This document shows, piece after piece, positions 30,821 through 39,633 of a stretch of DNA of 64,000 nt. The notes beneath the pieces are model-generated. The model did not search any database. It worked only from the letters and a program-made list of their open reading frames with translations, and was not told where the DNA came from. Numbering within the stretch: position 1 is the first letter of the stretch; every line of letters begins with the position of its first letter. The stretch is from Alphaproteobacteria bacterium (GTDB lineage: Bacteria; Pseudomonadota; Alphaproteobacteria; JAAXGF01), in NCBI GenBank assembly GCA_963555825.3, contig CAUVXB020000001.1:1888001-1952000 (forward strand), given 5' to 3'. Made by a program: the position numbers and the translations under genes.

Positions 30821-31486
30821 ATGGCTTCCCAACTGGCGCGCGAGATCCGGCGGCGGATGACGGCGAGCGGCTTCAATCAGAAGTCGCTGGCGCGTGCCGC
30901 GGGGCTCAACGAGACGGCGGTGCGCGACATCCTGATCGGCAAGTCGCGCCATCCGCGCCACGACACGGTGCAGAAACTCGCCGCCTCGCTCGGCTGCCCG
31001 GTGATGGCGTTGCTCGAGCCCGGTACCGAGCACGACGCGGCGACGCCGGCCGACGCCGGCGCGCGCGACGGCGAGCTCGTCTTCGTCTCGACCTACGAGG
31101 TCAGCGCCGCCGCCGGCGAGGGCATCGTCATCGACAACGAATACAAGACCGGCCGCCTCGCGTTTAGGCGCGACTGGCTGCGCGGCGTCACCTCGGCGAC
31201 GACCGGCTCGCTCGCGGTGATCACGGTGAACGGCGATTCGATGTATCCGACGCTCGCCGACGGCGACACCATCTTGGTCGACATGACGCAGCGCTCACCG
31301 TCGCGCGACGGCATCTACATCGTCCGCTTCGGCGAGTTCGTTCTGGTCAAGCGCCTGCACGTCGATCCGACCCGCCGGCTGATCACGATCTCCTGCGACA
31401 ACACCAACTACCCGCCGCTCGCGCCGGTCGAACCCGGCGACGTCGAAGTCGCCGGCCGCGTGATTTGGGTTGGGCGGCGGTTGTAG
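30821..31486 (+). CDS. XRE-HTH / S24 peptidase (CI/LexA-like) repressor
   Basis: HTH (QKSLARAAGLNETAVRDIL..SRHPR), SAAAGEG cleavage region, VNGDSMYPTL (catalytic Ser), VKRL (catalytic Lys), GRVIW. Confidence 0.93.
   Translation: MASQLAREIRRRMTASGFNQKSLARAAGLNETAVRDILIGKSRHPRHDTVQKLAASLGCPVMALLEPGTEHDAATPADAGARDGELVFVSTYEVSAAAGEGIVIDNEYKTGRLAFRRDWLRGVTSATTGSLAVITVNGDSMYPTLADGDTILVDMTQRSPSRDGIYIVRFGEFVLVKRLHVDPTRRLITISCDNTNYPPLAPVEPGDVEVAGRVIWVGRRL
31336..31486 (+). repeat. 151-bp direct repeat, copy 1 (repressor 3' end)
   Basis: 145/151 identical to 36188-36338. Confidence 0.95.
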
Positions 31487-31665
31487 AGCATATTCCGATC
31501 GATTGGATTCGATCGGATTGCGCCAGCGCGCGCCAATCTTGATCCCGACAAGAGGCGCGCCGCCGACCGTTCGGCCACCCTTGATCCCATAAGAACGGCT
31601 TGACCCCACAAGATTGGCATGCGCGGCGATTGAGCGCAGGTCATCTTTGCCGCGTAACGATGACC
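31484..31665. repeat. Intergenic mosaic repeat, copy 1 (copy 2 at about 46883-47027)
   Basis: 41 bp identical (31610-31650 = 46970-47010), shared GCCGCCGACCGTTCGGCCA and a GANTC-centred palindrome. Confidence 0.8.
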
Positions 31666-32103
31666 GGAAGGCGACCGCCCCGCTGCGCCGACCCGACGGA
31701 TAACCCTGGTTTTCAGAAAGTCTCGACTGTGTTCTGACAAGGCCACCAAAACCTCACCACCGGGACATCGCGCAATCGGCGAATGAAATAGGTCAAACGT
31801 CTTGGCGCCTTGGAAAGCGGGCGGTGCCAACCGGGTCGTGTCTCATTCACGTATTCGACGCGCCGGACGTACGAACCGGGTTCGGTATGTCGGCCTATCG
31901 TCCCAAAACGGCCATCGCCGTGCTGCGCCCATTGAGCCCGAGATTAGCCAGGAGGAGACATAGGTCGCGCCGTATCAGCACCCGCAATTTGGTACTTCGC
32001 AATGCCGGTGGCGGGAGGCGTCCACAGAATCGGAAGGTGACACGCGAGAATGGGTGCAATTGTCGTGCCAAACGTACAAAATCGATGCCGAAGGATTTAT
32101 GGA

Positions 32104-32991
32104 ATGGCGCAACGGCGACAAGACATCGAGGCGTTCGTGCGGCACCTCTTCGTCGAAGTCGAGGCCGCCGAGGCGGCGGGGATGATTGCGCCCCAAGCCA
32201 TCGCCGATCATTTCAACGCCAAGGGCGTCACCACCCGCAAGGGCCGGCGCTGGACCGGCGCGACCGTGGCCAAATTCCTCGGCAGCCCGGGCGCCAAGCG
32301 CTACCGTTCGGGTGGGAAAGCGGGGCGCACGGTGGAGCCGAAGGGTAATCCCGACAAGCCGTCCTACGCGCTCGATAAAGCACAATTGCGGCACATTTCG
32401 GAAATAACCATCGGCCATTATGACCGGACGGCCGAAGATTACTGGGACGGCACTCGAAATCACGATGTCGGCCAGAACTATGAGGCGCTCTTGGAAGCGA
32501 TCGAGGGCGCGCCCCCCTATGCCATCCTCGACTTGGGTTGTGGGCCGGGACGAGACTTGCATTTTTTTCGGTCGTCGGGCCATGACGCCACGGGTCTGGA
32601 CGGATCGATGGCGTTCGTCGCCATGGCGCGCCGTTATTCCGGGTGCGATGTGCTGCACCAGAATTTTCTCGCGATGAATTTGCCGGTGAACCGCTTCGAC
32701 GGCATTTTCGCAAATGCGTCGTTGTTCCACGTGCCGAGCCAGGAATTGCCCCGGGTGTTAGCGGAACTCGCCGATTCCCTGAAGCCCCGGGGCATCCTGT
32801 TCTGCTCCAACCCGAGAGGGAACAACGAAGAAGGCGTCAGCGGCGACCGCTTCAGCTGCTTCCTCGATCTTACCACCTGGCGCGATTTCGTCACTGATGC
32901 CGGGTTCACGGAGTTAAGGCATTACTACCGCCCGCCCGGACTCCCGCGCGACAAGCAATGGTGGCTCGCTACGGTCTTGCGCAAAGGCTGA
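32104..32991 (+). CDS. Class I SAM-dependent methyltransferase with N-terminal recombinase-like HTH
   Basis: IADHFNAKGVTTRKGRRWTGATV (recombinase-type HTH), then ILDLGCGPGRD, GLDGS, FDGIFANASLFHVP. Confidence 0.82.
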   Translation: MAQRRQDIEAFVRHLFVEVEAAEAAGMIAPQAIADHFNAKGVTTRKGRRWTGATVAKFLGSPGAKRYRSGGKAGRTVEPKGNPDKPSYALDKAQLRHISEITIGHYDRTAEDYWDGTRNHDVGQNYEALLEAIEGAPPYAILDLGCGPGRDLHFFRSSGHDATGLDGSMAFVAMARRYSGCDVLHQNFLAMNLPVNRFDGIFANASLFHVPSQELPRVLAELADSLKPRGILFCSNPRGNNEEGVSGDRFSCFLDLTTWRDFVTDAGFTELRHYYRPPGLPRDKQWWLATVLRKG

Positions 32992-33124
32992 GTATGCTCA
33001 CTCTTCAAACACGCTGTCGGCGGGTATGGCTCCGGAAACTGATCGAGACAGGGTGGTGAGACAAGACCCGGCGGAGCCGCATTTTCTCAAAACCGGGATT
33101 GTCCAACCGCAATAGTTGCTCGGG

Positions 33125-34837
33125 TCAAAGGGAGCGGAACGGTTTGATTCGTTCTGGGGGCAAGTGGTCGTATGCGGGCAGCGTGGTGAGGCGTTCATCC
33201 TCCACGGCTCCGCCGACCGTGAAGTGATAGAGGCTCTGCCAAGCATCGTCCCCAAGGTCGATGTCGAGCAGTCGATGTACGAAGTCGTCGAAGTAGCAGC
33301 CCATGCCGGTTGAGCGCACGCCGGCCGCCTCGGCCTCGAGGTACAGCACCTGGCCGATCAGGCCAGTTTCCCAGAACAGGCGGCGGTATGCCCACGCCCC
33401 ATCCTCCTCAAGAGTGCGCGCAAAGTCGGCCACCATGCCCAGGCTGAAGGCGCTGTCGCCGGCGATCGCCTGGAAGCAGCTTGCATGCGCGGCAGCCTCG
33501 CGACAGTCCCCCAGGGCTAAGGCGTAGAGCGGTATACCGCTCGACACGACGTGCCCCCAGGCGAATCCATCGTGACAGGCGGCCCGGAAGGCGTCGAGGC
33601 GGGCCTCGTCACGCATGAGAACGTAGAGGCCGGGCGAGAGCCCGTCGATCCTGTGCACGAACAGGCACAAATGGATTCGCGCGGGAAAGTCGGCGGCCGT
33701 CCACGGCGGGTGGGGCCGATCGGGCAGCGTACGCGCAAGCATGCCGAAGAACACATCGATCGACAGCCCGGTTTGCCCATCCATGTCGACGGCGCTCCGC
33801 CGTTGACGGATGATCGCCGCCGCCCGTGGAACATCACGCATCGACCGTGGTGCAGGCGTAGTGGTTGCCGCGTAACCGCGCAGCGGGAGCGGCGCCGTCG
33901 GCGGCTTGACGGTGGCTGCCTCAACGGCTGTGATTGCCGGCCAGTCGACGCGGCTTGGGCTAAGCCGGTTCGCCGTTCCCGTCCAATGACCGGCGCGCAC
34001 GGCGGCGACCGCGCCCTCGGCCAGGCGCCGAGGCGCCGCTACGGCCGGGTCGGTTACCACCGCCGCAATCAAGTCGGGGTGCTCGGCCTCGACACCGGCG
34101 AAATCGGCAGCACGGTCGAGGCCGAGTAGTCCGGCGACATCGGCGTCGGAGGGTGCCGACAGGAGTTCGGCGCGCCAACCCAGGGAAGCGGCGGCGAAGC
34201 ACAATGCCCCGAGCGCGTGGCCCGCGTCGTGCTGACAATAACGGTAGGCGCGCTCGCCGTACTTCCAGGCTTCGCGCCAATGCACCGATGTGAGGCCGAC
34301 GAGGAAGGCGCCGGCCGGCAGCCCGGCAACGAGCGTCCTCCACGCCGGTTCGTCAACGGCGCAGCGCTGTTCGAGCGCGTGTTCGCTTGGTGCGTAGTGA
34401 TACACGCCGGGGCGATCCGAGAGCTCGGCGAGCACGGGCAGCACGACATAGCCCTCGGTCGGATGCAGGTTGCCGCTCGACGGGTTACTGCGCAACGCCC
34501 AGCGCGTTCCCTGGAATGCCTTCCACGCGGTGAGCCCGAGCGAGAGTTCGAGGAACAGGCCGAGGCTCTCGGCGGTCAGCGGCCGAGGCGATATTCGCTG
34601 GGAACGGAACAACTGGTCGTATGGCGGCGTGCCGTCATCGCGCACCAGTGGCAGCTCGATCATGCGGGCGCCCGAGAAGCGGCGAAACGGGTCGGGTTGG
34701 TTGGCCCAGTCCATGTGACCCGGTCCCGGCGCGTAACGCTGGGGCATGTGCTTGGTGCGCTGGTGGTAGGCGCGCACCTGCGCAACGGCGTCAGGAACTC
34801 CACGGATGGCGCTGGATCGGCTCAAAATGGTCATCAC
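33125..34837 (-). CDS. SagB/ThcOx family nitroreductase-like dehydrogenase (two domains)
   Basis: YHQRTKH, LRSNPSSGNLHPTEGY, REAWKYGERAYRYCQHDAGHA, IIRQRRSA, GQVLYLEAEAAG..TGMGCYFDD. Confidence 0.9.
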   Translation of the reverse strand: MMTILSRSSAIRGVPDAVAQVRAYHQRTKHMPQRYAPGPGHMDWANQPDPFRRFSGARMIELPLVRDDGTPPYDQLFRSQRISPRPLTAESLGLFLELSLGLTAWKAFQGTRWALRSNPSSGNLHPTEGYVVLPVLAELSDRPGVYHYAPSEHALEQRCAVDEPAWRTLVAGLPAGAFLVGLTSVHWREAWKYGERAYRYCQHDAGHALGALCFAAASLGWRAELLSAPSDADVAGLLGLDRAADFAGVEAEHPDLIAAVVTDPAVAAPRRLAEGAVAAVRAGHWTGTANRLSPSRVDWPAITAVEAATVKPPTAPLPLRGYAATTTPAPRSMRDVPRAAAIIRQRRSAVDMDGQTGLSIDVFFGMLARTLPDRPHPPWTAADFPARIHLCLFVHRIDGLSPGLYVLMRDEARLDAFRAACHDGFAWGHVVSSGIPLYALALGDCREAAAHASCFQAIAGDSAFSLGMVADFARTLEEDGAWAYRRLFWETGLIGQVLYLEAEAAGVRSTGMGCYFDDFVHRLLDIDLGDDAWQSLYHFTVGGAVEDERLTTLPAYDHLPPERIKPFRSL

Positions 34838-34867
34838 ACTGCAGAACGGCGCGTCGGGCTGACCGAC

Positions 34868-35470
34868 TCAGGTCAGGAAGGTTGCGACCAACTCCTCGAG
34901 CCGCGCCTTGGCGTCCTCGAGGATAGGCTCTCCATCACCGACGAGCAGCGAATCAAAGTCGAGATCGAGGAGCCGGCGCACGCTCTGCCTTAGGCGCTGT
35001 GGGTCGTCCATCACCTGCTCGCGCAGCAGCCCACAGCTGCCCGGTGGGTTGCCGATCACTGCATCGCCGACGATGAGAAGACGCCTCTCCGGCCAGTGGA
35101 GCGCCACCTCGCCGGACGATTTTCCGGGGACCTCGACCACCACGAGCGGTCCGATGGCCTGCCCCACCGCGAGCGCATCATCCAGCAGGGCGCCCTGGTC
35201 TCGCGCGTGGGGCGCGTCGTCCGGATGAATGGCGGTTCGCGCGCCGGTGCGCTCGCGCACATTGTTGGCTGCGCGCGAATGGTTGCGGTTGGTCACCAAT
35301 ATGCGGGCGACGCCCAAGCGGGCGATCTCATCGAGCCCCTCTTCCCCAGGCTCGACGGGGTCGATGCAGAGGTTGCCTTCGGCGTGCCGGATGAGGTGGC
35401 CGTTGAAGTTGTACCCGTGGGGCTCGGAAAACCACGGCCAGGTGAAGATATCGTTCAAGATTTCCCGCAT
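34868..35470 (-). CDS. MBL-fold hydrolase-like protein
   Basis: LCIDP, ILVTNRNHSR, PGKSSGE, LIVGDA, LLVGDG. Metal ligands partly degenerate. Confidence 0.8.
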   Translation of the reverse strand: MREILNDIFTWPWFSEPHGYNFNGHLIRHAEGNLCIDPVEPGEEGLDEIARLGVARILVTNRNHSRAANNVRERTGARTAIHPDDAPHARDQGALLDDALAVGQAIGPLVVVEVPGKSSGEVALHWPERRLLIVGDAVIGNPPGSCGLLREQVMDDPQRLRQSVRRLLDLDFDSLLVGDGEPILEDAKARLEELVATFLT

Positions 35471-35654
35471 TCTGCAGCCTCCTTCGGCGCGCCAGAATCA
35501 TCCTTCCATGCCGCATGCCGCCAAATCTTAGCGTTCGGACGGCTTGCGCGAGAGGCGAGCGATGGCTCGTGCATACGAGGCCCCGACCGAAGGAACAGGT
35601 TGCCTACGGTTCGCCGAATGGGGGGAAGTTTGCTTGTGCAATTTCGAGCTTGCA

Positions 35655-35996
35655 TCACGAGCCGCCCGCCGAACCCGGTTTGGGGCTGAAGTACTTCATC
35701 TTGTCGGGCACGTCCCGCCACGCGTCGGCGTCGGCGGGCGGCGTCCCCATGCGCGTGATGTTGGGCCACTGCTCCGAATAGTCGCGGTTGAACTCGACCC
35801 ATTTGGAGACGTCGCCCTCGGTATCGGGCAGGATCGCCTCGACCGGGCATTCGGGTTCGCAGACGCCGCAATCGATACACTCGTCGGGATGGATGACGAG
35901 CATGTTCTCGCCCTCGTAGAAGCAGTCGACCGGGCACACCTCGACGCAGTCCATCAGCTTGCATCTGATGCAGGAATCGTTAACGATGTACGTCAT
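35655..35996 (-). CDS. fdxA: Ferredoxin FdxA (7Fe)
   Basis: [43 protein letters not shown]. Confidence 0.95.
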   Translation of the reverse strand: MTYIVNDSCIRCKLMDCVEVCPVDCFYEGENMLVIHPDECIDCGVCEPECPVEAILPDTEGDVSKWVEFNRDYSEQWPNITRMGTPPADADAWRDVPDKMKYFSPKPGSAGGS

Positions 35997-36044
35997 GATC
36001 CTTCTCCCGTCCTCGAACGGGCGCGCCCGGCCCGTGACCAAGAT

Positions 36045-36158
36045 CTAGAGCGCGAGCCCCCTCTTGGCCACCTCGAATCCGAGTGTCCGGTAGAACCGTA
36101 CCGCGCGCGACATGTCACGGGTCGCCAGTGTTATGGCACTGATGCACTCGATGGTCAT
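36045..36158 (-). pseudogene. Truncated VOC/glyoxalase family gene
   Basis: MTIECISAITLATRDMSRAVRFYRTLGFE is a VOC N-terminus that stops after 37 codons. Confidence 0.7.
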
Positions 36159-36187
36159 ACGCGCATCGTAGCAAATCTGCCGTCGAG

Positions 36188-36338
36188 GTTCGTTCTGGTC
36201 AAGCGCCTGCACGTCGACCCGACCCGCCGGCTGATCACGATCTCCTGCGACAGCACCAACTACCCGCCGCTCGCGCCCGTCGAACCCAGCGACGTCGAAG
36301 TCGCCGGCCGGGTGATTTGGGTCGGGCGGCGGTTGTAG
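36188..36338 (+). repeat. 151-bp direct repeat, copy 2 (orphan repressor 3' end)
   Basis: Encodes FVLVKRLHVDPTRR...GRVIWVGRRL* with no upstream gene body. Confidence 0.95.
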
Positions 36339-36407
36339 GCGGGCCGGCGCATTCCTTTCGCGAGGGGCCGCATCATGGGGTGGAGGATGAGCTATAACCG
36401 AATCTTG

Positions 36408-38206
36408 ACGGGGCGGTAAAAAGTTGTTGGCCGATGGCGTGCTTGTACAGGTCTTTGCGGTTCGGTGAAGAATATTTGCCTGTCTCCGCGTTGCTGGTGG
36501 ATAAAACCTGATATTACCTACCCTTGGCTTCTCCTTGGCTTCGTTTTTTATGGTGCGATTGCCGCGCAGCGTCGGATATTGAGGCCGAGGGCACGCAGAT
36601 TGACCACGTAGCGCATGGCCGGCATGCCGCGAATGCGTAGGTGAGCCAGGTTCATCTGGTACTTTAATCGCGACATGGTCGCTTCTATGCCGGCCCGCCA
36701 TCTGTAGACGTTGCGGAAGGCATCGCTTTGTTCATAAAGCCGGCGCTTTTGGTTGGCAGCCCTGGCCGGGGTATATTGAAAGCGGGAAAATTGGCCGTCA
36801 CGCTTGGCCGCCTGCACGGGACATCGCAGTATATCGGGACATTTTTGGCAGATGGAGAGGTCGAAACGGGCCTGCAGCTTGGCTTTGGCGAGCGAGGCTG
36901 AAACCGGTTCGACGTTATTGGGACAGCGCAAGACCAAGCCTTCTTCGTTGAGAGTGAAATCCTCCAACGTCAACCGTCCCGAGACGGCGCCTTTCGGCGG
37001 TCGTGCGGGCGCCACGAGATTGATGTTCTGTTCGCGCGTCAGAGCCATGTTGTCACTGGAACCGTAATGTGAATCACCCAGCATCACCGCCGGCGTCAGC
37101 GCGCGCTCGCTCAGATCATCCAGCGCATCGGCTAAGCGATGGCCGTCATGCACCGTCATCTTGTGGACCTCCACGTGGGTGATGAGGTCCGGTGTCGCGG
37201 CAACCGCCTCGTTACTGACATCTTCACAATAGGTTTCGACGATCTGCGCCATGTATCCTTGACCCTTGTGCGCGTTGTAGCTCGCGTCCGGGTCGGCCGG
37301 ATTGCCGACGGTATCGCACGGCACATCCTTTGGATCTCGAATCGCGGCGCGCGTTGCGTCACGATCGCCATACTCATCATCAACGATCTCGAACTGATCG
37401 CGCAGAACCCTCTCCAGGATCGCAAAACTGAAAAGCTTTGCCGCCGCCGTGTCACGGAATTGCAGCACCAGGGCTAGGAGATACTGACCCGCTTCGCCGA
37501 GGCGCCGTTTTGAAACACTCGGCGCCGTATTCGCGAACGCGCCATTACCCTCGCGATCGACATAGCGGCGGATCACCTCCTTGCTGATCTGCTCGTGCAG
37601 ACCGGGATGATATCGCTCAAGCTCACGGGCAAACTTCGAGATGCTCTCAACAACGATACCAAGTCGTGTCAGCGCCCGCATTGCCGAACGAAGGGCCGTC
37701 GAATCCATGCGTTGGTGGCTGGTATCGACAGAGAACCCCTGCACCAGCCGATCCGTCAAACACCGGAACAGCAATTCATCGAGACCTTGTTCGATAAACA
37801 GACGGCGATAGTTGCGCAGGGTTTTCTCACAGAAATAGCTGTCCGCTTCGCTGCGCACGTCCAAGGCATAGTGCCACGCCATATTGAAGGCCAGGGCCTC
37901 GACGGTCTCTGCATCGCTCAGATCGTGCAGCTGCTGCAAAAGCAAGACCCCGATGACAACGTGTAGATCCTTCGATGGTCGGCCCATGCGTTCATCAAGG
38001 TGACGGCAAAGATCGTCAACCGGAAGTTCGACAAGCAGATGGTTCCGAAAAACCCCGGCCCAGGATTGCTCCATCAGGCGCCGACGTTTGTCCCCGAAAT
38101 CGGACCAGCGATCAAACAATTCCCCAGTCCGTCGGTCGCGTAAAGTAAACATGCACAATTATAATCCAGCCGACTCTCATGAGGAATCGACTTTTTACCG
38201 CCCCGT
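36408..38206 (-). mobile_element. IS1182/IS5-like element nested in the IS256 left IR
   Basis: 17-bp perfect IR ACGGGGCGGTAAAAAGT. Duplication CGAATCTTG at 36399-36407 and 38207-38215. Confidence 0.9.
36548..38152 (-). CDS. IS1182/IS5-like DDE transposase
   Basis: GRPS..LLLQQLHDLSD, MDST, DPDASY, GDSHYG, CQKCP..RC, YRWRAGIEATMS. Confidence 0.88.
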   Translation of the reverse strand: MFTLRDRRTGELFDRWSDFGDKRRRLMEQSWAGVFRNHLLVELPVDDLCRHLDERMGRPSKDLHVVIGVLLLQQLHDLSDAETVEALAFNMAWHYALDVRSEADSYFCEKTLRNYRRLFIEQGLDELLFRCLTDRLVQGFSVDTSHQRMDSTALRSAMRALTRLGIVVESISKFARELERYHPGLHEQISKEVIRRYVDREGNGAFANTAPSVSKRRLGEAGQYLLALVLQFRDTAAAKLFSFAILERVLRDQFEIVDDEYGDRDATRAAIRDPKDVPCDTVGNPADPDASYNAHKGQGYMAQIVETYCEDVSNEAVAATPDLITHVEVHKMTVHDGHRLADALDDLSERALTPAVMLGDSHYGSSDNMALTREQNINLVAPARPPKGAVSGRLTLEDFTLNEEGLVLRCPNNVEPVSASLAKAKLQARFDLSICQKCPDILRCPVQAAKRDGQFSRFQYTPARAANQKRRLYEQSDAFRNVYRWRAGIEATMSRLKYQMNLAHLRIRGMPAMRYVVNLRALGLNIRRCAAIAP

Positions 38207-38295
38207 CGAATCTTGTGTACGGCGTTGAAATGAAGGCGGCGTATCCTGGTGATTGTTGATGTCACCACTTGAGCTAAGCCAAGGAAGGATACGCC

Positions 38296-39540
38296 ATGAA
38301 AGAGAATACCGTTGTTGCTTTTCAAAACCCATCTGATTTTCAGAAAGATCCGTTGACGGAAGTCCTACAAGCTGGAGCTCGCGAGTTGTTGGCCCAAGCC
38401 GTTGAGGCCGAGGTCTCCGTGTTTTTGGGTAGCCATGCGGCGCTTGTTGACGCCGCCGGCCGCCGCCGGGTTGTCCGCAATGGATATCTGCCGGAACGCT
38501 TCATCCAGACCGGGATCGGCCCGGTGAGCGTGCGCCAACCCCGTGTGCGGGACCGGGGGGACGGCGCCATCCGCTTCACGTCGGCGATCCTGCCGCGCTA
38601 TCTGCGCCGCGCCAAGAGCCTGGAAGACCTTTTGCCATGGCTGTATCTGAAGGGCATTTCCACCGGCGACTTCGGGGAAGCCTTGGCGGCGCTCCTGGGG
38701 AGCTCCGCGCCGGGGCTTTCGGCCTCCACGATCACCCGGCTGAAAGAGGTCTGGGGGGTTGAGGCGGAGCGCTGGCAACGGCGCGACCTCACGGCCAAGC
38801 GCTACGTCTATTTCTGGGTGGACGGCATCTATTTCAGCGCCCGCATGGAGGAAGAGAAGCAGTGCATCCTGGTGATCGTCGGGGCCACGGACAAGGGACA
38901 GAAGGAACTGATCGCCATCGCCGACGGCTATCGCGAAAGTGAGCAGTCCTGGCTCGAAGTTCTGCTCGATCTCAAGCGGCGCGGCCTTGAAATGGGTCCG
39001 CAACTGGCGCTCGGCGACGGCGCGCTCGGCTTCTGGAAGGCGCTCCGCCAAGTCTACCCAGGCGCCCGCGAGCAACGCTGCTGGGTTCACAAGACGGGCA
39101 ACGTCTTGAACAAGCTGCCCAAGGGTCTGCAAAAGAAAGCCAAGGGGCGCCTGCAAGACATCTGGATGGCCGAAACCAGGAAGGATGCCGAGAGCGCCTT
39201 CGACTTCTTCCTGGAAGCCTACGGGCCGAAGTACGACAAGGCCGCGGCCTGCCTGGCCAAGGACCGCGACGTCCTGCTGACGTTCTACGACTTCCCCGCC
39301 GAGCACTGGAAGCATGTACGCACGACCAACCCCATCGAGAGCACGTTCGCCACGGTTCGTCTGCGCACCTACCGGACCAAGGGCTGCCTGTCGCGCAAGA
39401 CGGCGATGGCCATGGTCTTCAAACTATGCCAGTGCGCTCAGAGAAAATGGAGAAAACTCGATGGATCGAACCATCTCGCCGAGATCATTCGCGGCGTCAA
39501 ATTCGTAGATGGAGAACGCCAGGATCGCGCCGCCGCATGA
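38296..39540 (+). CDS. IS256 (mutator) transposase
   Basis: RNGY, YLKGISTGDF, YFWVDGI, GDGALGFW, QRCWVHK, RTTNPIES. Confidence 0.95.
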   Translation: MKENTVVAFQNPSDFQKDPLTEVLQAGARELLAQAVEAEVSVFLGSHAALVDAAGRRRVVRNGYLPERFIQTGIGPVSVRQPRVRDRGDGAIRFTSAILPRYLRRAKSLEDLLPWLYLKGISTGDFGEALAALLGSSAPGLSASTITRLKEVWGVEAERWQRRDLTAKRYVYFWVDGIYFSARMEEEKQCILVIVGATDKGQKELIAIADGYRESEQSWLEVLLDLKRRGLEMGPQLALGDGALGFWKALRQVYPGAREQRCWVHKTGNVLNKLPKGLQKKAKGRLQDIWMAETRKDAESAFDFFLEAYGPKYDKAAACLAKDRDVLLTFYDFPAEHWKHVRTTNPIESTFATVRLRTYRTKGCLSRKTAMAMVFKLCQCAQRKWRKLDGSNHLAEIIRGVKFVDGERQDRAAA

Positions 39541-39633
39541 TCAGCCCATACACAACTTTTGACAATAGCTCGTGGAGGATGAGGGGGCAGCCTCTACTGA
39601 TGACAGGTGGCCGCGTCCGCATTAACATTCCAT

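Larger units (their letters stand above)
36389..39571 (+). mobile_element. IS256-family element whose left IR is interrupted by another IS
   Basis: Ends GAGCTAT... / ...ATAGCTC. 9-bp target duplication GTGGAGGAT at 36380-36388 and 39572-39580. Confidence 0.9.

Noticed and set aside
33125-34837. SagB-type enzyme as part of a RiPP cluster
   Set aside because: No YcaO cyclodehydratase or precursor peptide is evident nearby.
31336-36338. 151-bp repeat pair as a DGR template/variable repeat
   Set aside because: The six differences are not adenine-specific and no reverse transcriptase is present in the window.
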